From: a virus | Taxonomy: Duplodnaviria; Caudoviricetes | IMG/VR virus record: IMGVR_UViG_3300033067_001881 | Coordinates: 1-34,834 of that record | Direction: 5' to 3' (one strand) | Length of the DNA: 34,834 nucleotides | In this document: piece after piece, positions 1 to 10,417 of the stretch | How positions within the stretch are numbered: the first letter of the stretch is position 1 | Layout: each line of letters begins with the position of its first letter | Made by a program: the position numbers and the translations under genes | The notes under the pieces: model-generated | What the model was told of the DNA's origin: nothing | Database searches by the model: none | What the model saw: only the letters and a program-made list of their open reading frames with translations

Positions 1-3000
1 TTACCAAAAGAGTGTTCAATTGTATTGGTTAAGTAATCTTCTTTGTTTTCACTATCATCTTTAATTATAAATCCTTGTTTACCTGTAGTTTGTCTTGAAT
101 TATAAGCAATTAAAGAATCAAAGAATTTATTATTTACTTCTTTATACTCCCTTGTTACAGGATCATAGACTTGTACCTTAGCTTGTACAATTAAAGATTC
201 AGTCATTTGACTTACTAAAGGATTATTGTTTACTACATATTCAAATACAGAAGGTTCATTTTTTCCGTAAAAAGAACCGGTTCTACCTTTTGAGTTATGC
301 TTCCAAATAATATTATCTTCTTTAATAAGAGAAATAAACTTAGACTGATCATAAATATACTTATATGGTAAGTAGCTATGCCATGATGTCCATTCTCCTG
401 TTAACATACTAAATGACATTGTGAAAGAAAGATTCTCAAAGTAATCTTTATTTGAAAATTCAATTACTTCATATTCCCCATTCTTTAATATTGTCCATTT
501 ATTTATTGGATTACCATCCATACCTATTCTATCATCAAAAAATAACTGTTCATTTTTGAATCCTTTACTAAACAAAGTAACTTCTTTTTTAGCACCGGCA
601 GTAAAACGATAATCTATTTTTGTAATAATGAATCTTGAATTCTCATAATCAAAAGTAGAATGTACTCCTGTACCAAAATTGTGTATTGGATTATTAGCAA
701 AAGGATAATCATATCCAAACAAATCTTTAAACTCATTTTGAAAAACAGGTCTTAGATTCTGTTTGAAATAGTTAACTAAACCTTTTTTACTTATATCTTC
801 TATTGCTGAAGAAAACAAATACACTTTATTTTCATGTTGATCAACCGTAAATACACCAAACTTAGTTTTCAATGTTGCCCACTTATCAATAGAACCTACA
901 GATCCAGTATTATCATCAGATAATTTACGTGGTGGTATTGCAAAGAAATCACCTGTACCCAAGAAGGATACAATTTGATTTGTAGTTCTTTCTTGAATAT
1001 TAGGTAAAATAGCATAAGTACATTCAGGAGTTACAACATATAAGGTATTTGACTTTGTAAATAAGTCAGTAATTTTACCTGTATTACCTTGAATATCAAT
1101 ATAGTTATTAGGTAGTATCCTTCTGTAGTTGTCAGAAAACTCTTCTTGGAAAGATTGTTCTGAAGCATATACTCTATGAGGAAATTCATTCTTACATTTA
1201 GAACAACAATCATAAGTAATATCTAAAGGGAAATAAACAGATTGCATATTTAATCTTGAATAGTCAGGATTATACCTATAAGATTCAGGACAAATAATTT
1301 GTTTTGAAATCCAAGAGTTTTCATTTGCATCAAAATAAAGAATCTTATCTTTTAAATATTCAGCAAAATTAGAGAAGTTTGAAGTATTATAAACTTTACC
1401 ACAAGCATGATTCTCATTTAATCTAAGTGCTAAATTCATATCACTTTCAATCCATATACCATCTAATCTTTCTCCTGCATAAGCAATAAAATCACCAACA
1501 TAACTTACCTCATTATCAATTTCTGAATCTTGTGCAAGTTCTGATAATAAAGAATCTTTGTAAGCATTTACAATTCCTGTAATGGCTTGTGCTGTTACAC
1601 CAATAACACCTGCTACTATTGCTGCTGTTGCTATTGCACCTGAACCTATACCTAAAGCTAAAGCACTATTTATAGCACCTGCAATAGCTACTGCTCCCGG
1701 AGTTCCTGCACCTAAAGTCAAAACTACTACTGTTACTGCTGCTGCTATAAAAAGTATCTTTAAAAAGTCATCTAAGAAATCTTCATAAAATTCTCTGAAT
1801 AAAACATTAATAGGTTCAAAAGGAACAATATAAGTATCACCACCAAATACAATATTAGGAGATGTATTTTTAAGAACGCAATTGTGCATTCTTTGAAGCA
1901 CTAATGAATCAAGATTACAATAAACGTCTCTATTTACTTTTAAAGATACATAAGCAATATCATTTCCATAATTAGGAATATACTCTGTTGTATCTGCTAC
2001 AAGTATTTTATTTGTTTGAGATAAATTAATTGTTTGTAAAGGAGATCTGTATGTATTATCAAAAGCAATAGCATTAAGAGAAGCATATTTATTAGGATAA
2101 TAATTTGATTGAGGAAGAGCTTCTTCATCACCGTAATATTGTTGTCTATTTCCTATTAGTATATCTACATCTTTTAGATTTCCACCGGGTTGATCATAAG
2201 AATATTCATCAATAGATTTATTAATAAAATTCCATTTACTTTCTACTTTTAACGTATCAGGTTTATCAATTTGGTTTTTGTACAAGTAATTAGGAAGCCA
2301 TAACCAATTTGATTTTTGAGAATTGTTACCTCTTGTAAAATAAGAAAAGGTCAAATACTTATTATTCTCTTTTAACTTTCCTGTTAAACCTTTATCTAAA
2401 ACAGTTTTATTTTGTTGTTCTCTTTTTGCAATAACAAAATGATGCCCAACAATAGAAGGATGAGGGTACTGAATATTGTTAAATTCAAATCCTAATATTC
2501 TCAATTTTACTTTTGTTTCCGAAGTTATTTTTTTAACTACAAATCCTTTTATTTTTACATCAGGACTTGAAGGACTAAAAGACACAACTATATTTGTAAT
2601 ATCAGAAGTAGGTCCATTATATTCTCCCATGTCATAAGTATAATTTTTAACAGGAAGTAAATTAGTAAAAGTTTTTTGAATAACTTTACTAACACCTTTT
2701 TCTTTATAGTGAAAAGTTACGTCAATAGAAGGTGGTGGGGTAATAGGAAAAGCAGGTGATAATGTAACTTGTATTTTAAAAATAGTTGTTTCAGTATTTA
2801 CAATTTCTTTTCTTGTTAAAGGTTCTATATCAGTACCCGGAGTTCTAAACCATCTTATATTACCTTCTACTTTTTTACCACAAGCATCAAATCCCCAATA
2901 ATCACTATTATCACAAGTCTTCCTCATTGGGTACATAGAATTTCTACATTCATAATATCCAAAGTCTCCACTATTATCAACTCCTTTTCTTGCAGTATTA

Positions 3001-4742
3001 TATACTTGCCACTTTTGTAGTTTTTGACTATCAGGTAGTAAGTTATATTCATCTTCTTGAGACTTAGGAATAATGAACTCCATATCAGGAATCCATTCTG
3101 TTATTACTTGTGAATCATGTCCTTCAACATCATTACAATTATTACCGGGTTCTCCCGGATCAATAATTACAGTTTCTTTTTTAGTAATAAAAAAATAATC
3201 TATTTGAGGATCAGTACAAGCTGCATTAATAGGTTGATAAGCAAAATCAAGAACAGATATGACATCTAAAGGACTACCACAATAAATTGTAATTGTATCT
3301 TCATCTAATCCTATCTTACCTGCCTTATTAAACTCTACACCATTAACTGTATATTTAATTGAATATTTTAAACCTTTACAAGAAGATTGTGTTTTATCCC
3401 AAACTGATTTTACAATAAGACAGTTTTTTTGAACTATCTTTACTATCTTTTTAGATGTACATGGAAAATAATCTTTACCTCTTGGAATTATAGGAAAAGC
3501 AGGACTTACTCCACCACCATCAAATTCATATACTATATGAGGTGCATATACTTCATCTCTCAATAATGACATCATATCAAAAGGAGTTTCAGGGCATTTT
3601 GGGTCACCATGATTCTCTGTAGATAAAGCATCAATTTCATTTATTTTATAAGTAGCACATATTTTTGAAGCAAACCTTTGAAAGTCACAATAGTTAATAT
3701 CTCTTTCTTTTATATCGGCAAGAATTAACTTATTTTCAATTTGATCAATATGAGTAGCAGAAGATATATCAAGTTTATCAAAACTAATATCATCCTGACT
3801 TACTGTTGTCCATCCACTAAAATTACCATCTACAGTAAACTCATTTTGTGATATAGGTATTTGAGGAGATAAATAAACTTTTGTAACTTCACCTGTACCT
3901 GATGAAGCTTCAAAAAATAATAAATGATAATAAGTAAAATTATCATCTAAATTATCCATGTAAAAAGTAATCCTTTTATTCGTTGGATATTGTCCTGATA
4001 AAGGATCACTTGCAATGTTTGATGAACCTTGTATGCCAAAATAAGACTTTGTTTCATTATCGTTATATATGTTTATTGTTTGAGAAGAATAGATAGGGTT
4101 TGTTTTATTGAGATTACTATCTGAATAAAGTACTCCTGCATTATAAGAACCACTAGGAAGAACACCACCGGTTTCAACAACAGCATCTTTAAAGCATGGT
4201 GTCTTATAATTTCTAATTAAATTGAATTTTTCACAATCCCATTTTTCACCAACAAAATCAGGTTTCTCACCTTTAATACAATCCCAATCAAAATATTCTT
4301 TTGTGTAAAAAGAACTTAACTTATCAAGGATTACTACTCTTGGGGGTTTATTTTCTTGGGTAAAATAAATAGTTCTTTCACACCCAAGTCTTAATCTAAA
4401 TGAAGAGTCAATAGGGTATTGTGTAGAAAAACCAAGACATTCATTAGTTACTAAACTTTGATAATCACAGTTTTGTTTTATCACTCCTATTTCAGAAACA
4501 CCATCATCTGTAACTAAAAATACAACATGTTCATTGTTATTAATATAACAACTATTTACTAATGTAGTATTAACCGGCAATGCTTTACATTGTTCATTGG
4601 ATAACTCATTGGATAAAAGGTATGCACCTTCTACCTGATTATTAACCATATTTTTTCTATATCTTCCTGTTCCTTTTGGTTGGTCTTCAGGAGATACATC
4701 AAGGTTTATTCCTTTTGATTGTCTATTTATATCTTGTAACAT
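1..4742 (-). CDS. Muzzle / tail stabilisation protein (crAss-like, P22 gp10-like), C-terminus truncated by window edge
   Basis: Not in the ORF track because it has no stop in the window. ATG at 4742 reads MLQDINRQSKGINLDVSPEDQPKGT...; the same frame is open wherever I translated it, including the edge (...FDSLIAYNSRQTTG...IEHSFG), about 1580 codons. Size and position after ring/HU/ring genes match the crAss-like muzzle gene. Confidence 0.82.
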   Translation of the reverse strand, partial: MLQDINRQSKGINLDVSPEDQPKGTGRYRKNMVNNQVEGAYLLSNELSNEQCKALPVNTTLVNSCYINNNEHVVFLVTDDGVSEIGVIKQNCDYQSLVTNECLGFSTQYPIDSSFRLRLGCERTIYFTQENKPPRVVILDKLSSFYTKEYFDWDCIKGEKPDFVGEKWDCEKFNLIRNYKTPCFKDAVVETGGVLPSGSYNAGVLYSDSNLNKTNPIYSSQTINIYNDNETKSYFGIQGSSNIASDPLSGQYPTNKRITFYMDNLDDNFTYYHLLFFEASSGTGEVTKVYLSPQIPISQNEFTVDGNFSGWTTVSQDDISFDKLDISSATHIDQIENKLILADIKERDINYCDFQRFASKICATYKINEIDALSTENHGDPKCPETPFDMMSLLRDEVYAPHIVYEFDGGGVSPAFPIIPRGKDYFPCTSKKIVKIVQKNCLIVKSVWDKTQSSCKGLKYSIKYTVNGVEFNKAGKIGLDEDTITIYCGSPLDVISVLDFAYQPINAACTDPQIDYFFITKKETVIIDPGEPGNNCNDVEGHDSQVITEWIPDMEFIIPKSQEDEYNLLPDSQKLQKWQVYNTARKGVDNSGDFGYYECRNSMYPMRKTCDNSDYWGFDACGKKVEGNIRWFRTPGTDIEPLTRKEIVNTETTIFKIQVTLSPAFPITPPPSIDVTFHYKEKGVSKVIQKTFTNLLPVKNYTYDMGEYNGPTSDITNIVVSFSPSSPDVKIKGFVVKKITSETKVKLRILGFEFNNIQYPHPSIVGHHFVIAKREQQNKTVLDKGLTGKLKENNKYLTFSYFTRGNNSQKSNWLWLPNYLYKNQIDKPDTLKVESKWNFINKSIDEYSYDQPGGNLKDVDILIGNRQQYYGDEEALPQSNYYPNKYASLNAIAFDNTYRSPLQTINLSQTNKILVADTTEYIPNYGNDIAYVSLKVNRDVYCNLDSLVLQRMHNCVLKNTSPNIVFGGDTYIVPFEPINVLFREFYEDFLDDFLKILFIAAAVTVVVLTLGAGTPGAVAIAGAINSALALGIGSGAIATAAIVAGVIGVTAQAITGIVNAYKDSLLSELAQDSEIDNEVSYVGDFIAYAGERLDGIWIESDMNLALRLNENHACGKVYNTSNFSNFAEYLKDKILYFDANENSWISKQIICPESYRYNPDYSRLNMQSVYFPLDITYDCCSKCKNEFPHRVYASEQSFQEEFSDNYRRILPNNYIDIQGNTGKITDLFTKSNTLYVVTPECTYAILPNIQERTTNQIVSFLGTGDFFAIPPRKLSDDNTGSVGSIDKWATLKTKFGVFTVDQHENKVYLFSSAIEDISKKGLVNYFKQNLRPVFQNEFKDLFGYDYPFANNPIHNFGTGVHSTFDYENSRFIITKIDYRFTAGAKKEVTLFSKGFKNEQLFFDDRIGMDGNPINKWTILKNGEYEVIEFSNKDYFENLSFTMSFSMLTGEWTSWHSYLPYKYIYDQSKFISLIKEDNIIWKHNSKGRTGSFYGKNEPSVFEYVVNNNPLVSQMTESLIVQAKVQVYDPVTREYKEVNNKFFDSLIAYNSRQTTGKQGFIIKDDSENKEDYLTNTIEHSFG

Positions 4743-5658
4743 TTCCTACATTTAAATATTTACGATTTTCTTCACGACCTGCATTACCATAAAATCCATC
4801 TGCTTTTCTATCATTTGGTAATATGTATAACCATTCATTTTTGAAATTCTCAAGTTCTTCTTCAGTATAATGTATTTCTAAAGCTTCAGCTTTATCTCTA
4901 TATTTTTCCCATTCTTGTTTTGCAAATATCATTCTTTGTTCTGAACCTTGTTTACCATTCCAAAAGTCTTTTGCCATTATATTATATAAACAATAAAACT
5001 TAGCTGCTTGAGTATAGTACTCATGATCAGGGATCATTGGGTATCCTTCATCATCTAATTTATAAGCAAGATAAGAAACCGCAATAGCACCTTCCGGGAA
5101 AGAACATTTAATTATATTATCTACAAATATAAACTCATCATCACAATAAGAATACAATTCAGAATTTATTTCTTCACATAATATACTTGAAGCAAAAGAA
5201 GATGTTGCTGCTCTCATCCTTTTAAATCTTCTTCCATAAAGAGCAGAACTTCCCCATTGACCAAAAGGGAGTTGATAAGCAAATAGTGGTCTGTAATAAG
5301 CAACATCATAAGGTGCAATAGGAGAACCATTACAATCTATTGGAACAGGAATAGTAAGTTTTTCTTCCTCTTCCAATACTTCAGAAACTTCTTTAGGACA
5401 TAAACAAGTTCCTTTATCTTGCCAATGCATATCCTTTGCAATTTGAATTACAGAATGACAATGAGGGGGTAATTCAGCAATAAAGTTTTCAACTTTTTGA
5501 AAAGCTACACTTTCTACATAGCAATTTCTTACACCTATTTCATTAAGTATTTCTGATATCCAATCTTTAATATGATCTAGGTTTTCCCCTTCTAAAGAAA
5601 GTTGTTGTTGTAAACTTCTAATAATTCTTTTAGAAGATGTAAAGTTATGAATTTTCAT
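4723..5658 (-). CDS. Tail ring / tail tubular protein (crAss-like)
   Basis: 311 aa; 'WISEIL..IG' and 'VSYLA...DDEGYPMIPD' motifs; immediately upstream of the muzzle gene as in crAss-like tail operons. Confidence 0.75.
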   Translation of the reverse strand: MKIHNFTSSKRIIRSLQQQLSLEGENLDHIKDWISEILNEIGVRNCYVESVAFQKVENFIAELPPHCHSVIQIAKDMHWQDKGTCLCPKEVSEVLEEEEKLTIPVPIDCNGSPIAPYDVAYYRPLFAYQLPFGQWGSSALYGRRFKRMRAATSSFASSILCEEINSELYSYCDDEFIFVDNIIKCSFPEGAIAVSYLAYKLDDEGYPMIPDHEYYTQAAKFYCLYNIMAKDFWNGKQGSEQRMIFAKQEWEKYRDKAEALEIHYTEEELENFKNEWLYILPNDRKADGFYGNAGREENRKYLNVGNVTRYK

Positions 5659-5668
5659 TTGTTGCTAG

Positions 5669-6169
5669 TTATAAAATAATAAAATTTTGATTCCCATCCA
5701 TTATATGTTTCCCCAAGTCTCTGTTTCTTTTCCTCATTGAATAAAAGTTATATACTGTTTTATTAGGAATAATAACTTTCTTTTTTGACCAATTATAATG
5801 ATACTGTACCCCATTAGTATGATCATTAAAATAAAAGATTCGTTTTTTATCTAATTTAGCTTGAGGATCATTTCTCCACAACTCTAATGTAGATTTCCAA
5901 TCAACAGGAAGATTTAAAATCTTACCATCTTCAGATACTTTTGGAGTAATAGTTTTACCTAAAACTTGAAATGTACCTATATACGGAAGTGTTACTGATT
6001 TACCTGTCAGTAACACTTCATAAAAAATATCCATTATATTCCTATATTCTTTTCTATAATTTGAATAAGATAAAGGTTCAATTAAATGATCCTTACAATT
6101 TTTCTTATAGATTGAATAAGCATTTCTGATATTATATTTGTCTTTTGTCTCTACCTTCTGTTTGGTCAT
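5669..6169 (-). CDS. HU/IHF-like DNA-binding protein (crAss-like)
   Basis: Basic 166 aa with 'GKSVTLPYIGTFQV' HU/IHF signature, then 'VDWKSTLELW...YFNDHTNG'; lies between two ring genes. Confidence 0.78.
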   Translation of the reverse strand: MTKQKVETKDKYNIRNAYSIYKKNCKDHLIEPLSYSNYRKEYRNIMDIFYEVLLTGKSVTLPYIGTFQVLGKTITPKVSEDGKILNLPVDWKSTLELWRNDPQAKLDKKRIFYFNDHTNGVQYHYNWSKKKVIIPNKTVYNFYSMRKRNRDLGKHIMDGNQNFIIL

Positions 6170-6839
6170 CTGATTGAGTTTTCATATAAAAATTATAGAT
6201 ATACTGATTTGCCATTTCTACAATTAAAGTTGTTCTATCATCTTCAGAATAGAATTCCATATCATAATATGATTGACAAGGATCATTCTGATTTATTAAA
6301 GGGTTGTTATTACATAAAGATGGAAAAGTAATAGCTTTAATTGGGTCATCAAATAAAGCTTTCATTCTTAATCCATTAGTAATATTACCATTAGATCTTA
6401 CATACAGATATTCATTATCAATATAACCAAAGGTTTTTTTATTTCCCCATTTACTTTCATCAATATTCTGAACAGCATTCCAATCTATTATATTAATAAC
6501 TGTACTACCATCCATAGAAGTAATTGATTCTATTAATGGTTTTTTATCATCAGTAAGTACTTTTGGTAATTTATTAACACTTCTATATACAAGACAATCA
6601 CCAACAGGTAAACAACCTGAACATTCAGATATACTACACTTCTTCATTTCAATACAAGGTATTGTTTGATAAAGCCAAGGTGATATCTTTTGTTTCTTTT
6701 TAGCTTCTTCTGTAAGTAGTTTATTACGAAAAGACAAACATACTGAATAAATGAAAGGATCTTCAAGTTTATCAGATATGGAAGCTAACCCATGAGAAGG
6801 ATGAAATTTAACTCTGTGTATTAATTCTGTTACCAACAT
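6132..6839 (-). CDS. Tail ring protein (crAss-like)
   Basis: 235 aa; 'QTIPCIEM...RSVNKLPKVL...YIDNEYLYV...ALFDDP' pattern; tail-operon synteny. Confidence 0.7.
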   Translation of the reverse strand: MLVTELIHRVKFHPSHGLASISDKLEDPFIYSVCLSFRNKLLTEEAKKKQKISPWLYQTIPCIEMKKCSISECSGCLPVGDCLVYRSVNKLPKVLTDDKKPLIESITSMDGSTVINIIDWNAVQNIDESKWGNKKTFGYIDNEYLYVRSNGNITNGLRMKALFDDPIKAITFPSLCNNNPLINQNDPCQSYYDMEFYSEDDRTTLIVEMANQYIYNFYMKTQSDDQTEGRDKRQI

Positions 6840-7543
6840 AATTCTGTGTTTAATTCTTTACGTAAATCAGGTACAATTAGTTCTTCATATTCGTTTTCTT
6901 TTAACCAAATAATAACTCCATCTCCCATTTCTATATCAAAGTTCTTTTCAAATACTAACCTATAAAGGTTTAACTGAAGAACATACTTGGAATAAGGACA
7001 ATCAAAAAAGTAAGAAAAAGGATATTTTAAGTTTTTTTCATCAAGTCCTTTAAATAAATCCTTATTGGTTTTAAAATCTGAAAAAAAATATTTGTCTGTT
7101 TTAATATTTTTATTTAGTCTATCTCCTGTTCCCGAAATAGTTTTATAAAACATTCTAAATTCTCTCAATAGAATTACATTTTCTAATGTGAATTTAGCAT
7201 TATATAAATCTACTTGGTTCATCATCCTTAATGCTCTAATACTAGATCCTTTAGGTATGATACCTGTTTCTGCATAGAAGTGAACATTATTACCATCTTC
7301 TAAAGACTCTATTGTATTTTGTTCCCAGTCATCTAATATAATTTGTAGAGGGATAGCATCTCTTCTACTTATTGCTTTACTAATAGCATCCTTATCAAAA
7401 AAGTTACCAAAAGTTTCAGAAATATATTTAGTACCGGATGTAAATTTAAATTCAGGATCACTAGCCAATGTGTATTTATGAAATTCCTCATTGAACTCAA
7501 GATCCTTAAACTTATCCGTTAGGAAATTGTAATTTGGTTTCAT
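6830..7543 (-). CDS. PD-(D/E)XK superfamily nuclease
   Basis: Motifs 'GNNVH', 'E..M', 'SGTGDRL', 'SDFKTN', 'YVLQLNLY' typical of Cas4/RecB/lambda-exonuclease-like phage nucleases. Confidence 0.82.
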   Translation of the reverse strand: MKPNYNFLTDKFKDLEFNEEFHKYTLASDPEFKFTSGTKYISETFGNFFDKDAISKAISRRDAIPLQIILDDWEQNTIESLEDGNNVHFYAETGIIPKGSSIRALRMMNQVDLYNAKFTLENVILLREFRMFYKTISGTGDRLNKNIKTDKYFFSDFKTNKDLFKGLDEKNLKYPFSYFFDCPYSKYVLQLNLYRLVFEKNFDIEMGDGVIIWLKENEYEELIVPDLRKELNTELCW

Positions 7544-8792
7544 AAATTCTATTTTCGTTTTTTCTAATAATATCTATATCAACACCTGAAAGATTTGAAG
7601 CAAAGACAGTTTGAATATAATCTGATGCTCCATAAAAAGACATTACATTTTTATATCTTATCCTGTTGTTTTTTGCATAAGTAGTAGCACATTGATGTAA
7701 GTCTGCTTTAACAAAACTTATTACATAATCTTCTAATCTATGGTGTCTGATATAGGTGTCAATAACTTCAGTAGTTTTACCATCAAGAAACAATGGCATT
7801 CCATGTTTCATGTATTCTCTATCTTTACCATGAGTAAAAATAATACAATGTTCTCCATATATAAAATGTGACATAAACTCTTCTACAAGAACTACATTTA
7901 CATTTGGATATACATGATTTAAATATATCTTTACGGCATTCATTGATATAAAATCAAAGTCACCACTATGATTATTATTAGCACAAGCAATAAAATGATA
8001 GTTATTAGCCGGTTTAATATTTCTAAGTAAAGTATCAAAGAACTGCTTTTGTGTTTCAAAATACGTAAGGTGTTGTTCTCTTGTATTCATATTTTGATTT
8101 AAAGAAGTACCTCTTGTAGTTTTACCATCCATTCCATCTTGGGAATCTCCTAAATCAAAAATGAAAATATCTTCAAATCCTTCATGTAACACAGCTTCTT
8201 CAGTAATAAAATCAAGAAGTATATTATTTCTTTGAGTGATTACTTCTTTATTATATTGATTAGGGTATAAAGAATTTGTTTCTGTTTTTGCACCTACATG
8301 TTTATCTGCAACATAAACAAACAAAGCTTCTTTAAGTGGTGTTTTTAATTTTTCTATTTGAGGAGTATAAACTTCAGTAGTTTGAATTATATTTCTGATT
8401 TCATTTAAAAACCCTTCTGTATCAAATACTGATTCTTTTTTATTATAAGTTATCCATTGTCCACCATAAGGGTTCTTGGTAATCTTATTTATTTCAAACT
8501 CATTAGTATTAACATCTATAGTATCAGGAACAACTTTTAAAGTAGTACTTGTAACTTCACCTTGAGAATTTAACTTCTCCATTACTGGTTCAAGAAGCCT
8601 ATAAGTTTGACCTACACTTCTACAATATCCTCTCCATATATCATTTGCTGCTCTTCCTCTATGATGAGGTACTAATCCTGTAGGATAAATATTAAATTCT
8701 TTTGCTAAATCAGACCATGTTTTTCCTTGTGGCTTTCCATTATTTAAAACTAAATAGTCAAGTAATCTTTGCTTGTCAATTAAACTTGTCAT
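7512..8792 (-). CDS. Calcineurin-like metallophosphoesterase with possible N-terminal HTH
   Basis: Metal motifs in order: 'ADKHVG', 'LGDSQDG', 'NNNH', 'FTHG', 'ADLH'; N-terminal 'TWSDLAKEFNI' is HTH-like. Confidence 0.82.
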   Translation of the reverse strand: MTSLIDKQRLLDYLVLNNGKPQGKTWSDLAKEFNIYPTGLVPHHRGRAANDIWRGYCRSVGQTYRLLEPVMEKLNSQGEVTSTTLKVVPDTIDVNTNEFEINKITKNPYGGQWITYNKKESVFDTEGFLNEIRNIIQTTEVYTPQIEKLKTPLKEALFVYVADKHVGAKTETNSLYPNQYNKEVITQRNNILLDFITEEAVLHEGFEDIFIFDLGDSQDGMDGKTTRGTSLNQNMNTREQHLTYFETQKQFFDTLLRNIKPANNYHFIACANNNHSGDFDFISMNAVKIYLNHVYPNVNVVLVEEFMSHFIYGEHCIIFTHGKDREYMKHGMPLFLDGKTTEVIDTYIRHHRLEDYVISFVKADLHQCATTYAKNNRIRYKNVMSFYGASDYIQTVFASNLSGVDIDIIRKNENRIYETKLQFPNG

Positions 8793-8810
8793 AATATTTT
8801 TTTTAGTTAA

Positions 8811-8850
8811 GAAAAAGTAAGAAGTCCTTTATTTAAAAAGGACTTCTACT
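8811..8850 (-). terminator. Intrinsic terminator after the 490-aa adhesin gene
   Basis: Inverted repeat AGAAGTCCTTT-N6-AAAGGACTTCT (8820-8847) followed by TACTTTTT on the minus strand. Confidence 0.7.
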
Positions 8851-8927
8851 GAAAATAACATACCAAAAAAGATTAATATTTTATTTCCTTAAACAAAGGT
8901 ATTATTCTTTTTTCATATTAGCAAGTA

Positions 8928-10400
8928 TTATGTACAAGGTAAAGCTATAGAACTACTTCCACTACATGCAATACAACCCGGACAAGTTACTGTTACAGAT
9001 ATTGTTCCTGTTGATGCAGTAGTTGATGTAGGATTTGTAGATGTAGAAGTTAATCCCGGACCTGACCATAAAAATGTAGTACCTACACCACAATCATCGG
9101 GGGAAGCTGTTAACTCTGTACTATTACAAGTAAGAGTAGGTCCACCACCATCACCATTAGTTATTACACCCTCTCCACAAATTTCAGGATCAGATATTAC
9201 TAAAGTATTATAACGGCAACTAGGAAGATCAAAAACTGCTGCACTAGAATTTATAGCAAAATTCTTTGTACCACAACCTGTATTAAAACTTGCACCTATA
9301 GATAATGATCCTTGTTGAGAAGAAGTATGTTCATATTCAACAGGTACTTCATCTATATACGCAACCATATTACCTTTAGCACCATCAAATCTACAACCTA
9401 CCCATTTATTTGTAGTTCTTGTTGAAGTATTTACTTTCATTCCTGCTGTTCCACAAATTACACCTGTACCACAAGGTAGAGTAGCAGGAGAAGATTCTAC
9501 GTGAGCGCACCAAAAAGAAACAAAAACTTTTAATCTTGAATTTGCTGTTTTAGTAGAAGTAACAGTTAACACATAATTCTTTTGATTTGCAGGTGTTGAA
9601 GGAACTCCTGTAGCAAGAAATATTGCTCTTTCAATAGTACATCTTAAAGCTGCTGCATGAGCATTTCCATTAGGGTTTGCTGTATTCCAAATAAGATCAG
9701 GATGAGGACCTGCACAACCACAACAATGTAAAGCAGCAGCAGAAGTTGGAGATACATCAAGATCATAATGAGTTTCTGTACCTGTTCCGTTGTCATAACT
9801 AATTCCTACTGTATAAATATAATCTCCTGTTCCAAGAACACCTACTGCTCCTGTATCATAAGCTTCTACAACTCTGAAATTATTATCTGAACAAATTTCT
9901 TCACTAAATACTAAAAAGTCTGTACCCGGTGGTGTACAATTACCATTAATTGATAATGTTGTTTTTACTAATGGACTTACACTATTATCACAGGTTTCTA
10001 CTGAAAAACAACCATCTGCACCATCTAATCCAAATTTAGCAGAATATTCACAACTTATTTGTTCACAACTTATACCTACTGTTGGTGTATCATTTACACA
10101 AACTGTAAGATCAGAAGTATCTGTACCACAAGAACCAAGAGGGGGATTATATCTGAATACATAATCTCCTTCTACAGCACCTTCAAAATCTATACAAGGA
10201 TTATGTACCATTGTAGAACAAAGTAAGAAAGGCAAAGAGTTTACAGGAGTTATTACAAATCCTGAACCACAATTAAGAAGAAGATTAAAAGGAAAAGATA
10301 AACCTGTTGGTTTATTGATCATAACCCAATATCCTGTTTGATCAGGATCAGGAGTAGATATAGTATTTAATTCTGTTAATAGACATTTTATAACTGGCAT
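8928..10400 (-). CDS. Cys/Gly/Thr-rich virion fibre or adhesin protein (putative fibre tip)
   Basis: 490 aa; N-terminal 'LLTEL...PDQTGYW...GDYVFRY...C' and C-terminal 'PTLTCNSTELTA...FLWSGPG...GTISVTVTC' Ig-like units resembling Bacteroidota surface-adhesin repeats; no signal peptide. Confidence 0.6.
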   Translation of the reverse strand: MPVIKCLLTELNTISTPDPDQTGYWVMINKPTGLSFPFNLLLNCGSGFVITPVNSLPFLLCSTMVHNPCIDFEGAVEGDYVFRYNPPLGSCGTDTSDLTVCVNDTPTVGISCEQISCEYSAKFGLDGADGCFSVETCDNSVSPLVKTTLSINGNCTPPGTDFLVFSEEICSDNNFRVVEAYDTGAVGVLGTGDYIYTVGISYDNGTGTETHYDLDVSPTSAAALHCCGCAGPHPDLIWNTANPNGNAHAAALRCTIERAIFLATGVPSTPANQKNYVLTVTSTKTANSRLKVFVSFWCAHVESSPATLPCGTGVICGTAGMKVNTSTRTTNKWVGCRFDGAKGNMVAYIDEVPVEYEHTSSQQGSLSIGASFNTGCGTKNFAINSSAAVFDLPSCRYNTLVISDPEICGEGVITNGDGGGPTLTCNSTELTASPDDCGVGTTFLWSGPGLTSTSTNPTSTTASTGTISVTVTCPGCIACSGSSSIALPCT

Positions 10401-10417
10401 GTTAATATATTTAAATG

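Noticed and set aside
1031-1213. Minus-strand 60-aa ORF
   Set aside because: Out-of-frame ORF nested in the muzzle gene.
1582-1788. Plus-strand 68-aa Ala/Pro-rich ORF
   Set aside because: Antisense shadow of the hydrophobic segment of the muzzle gene.
6830-7543. Cas4 with a CRISPR mini-array
   Set aside because: No four-Cys Fe-S motif and no repeat-spacer array; intergenic gaps are short.
8880-8930. Bacteroidota sigma-70 promoter upstream of the phosphoesterase
   Set aside because: TAACCTTTG does not match TAnnTTTG exactly and the -33 spacing is doubtful; too weak in AT-rich DNA.
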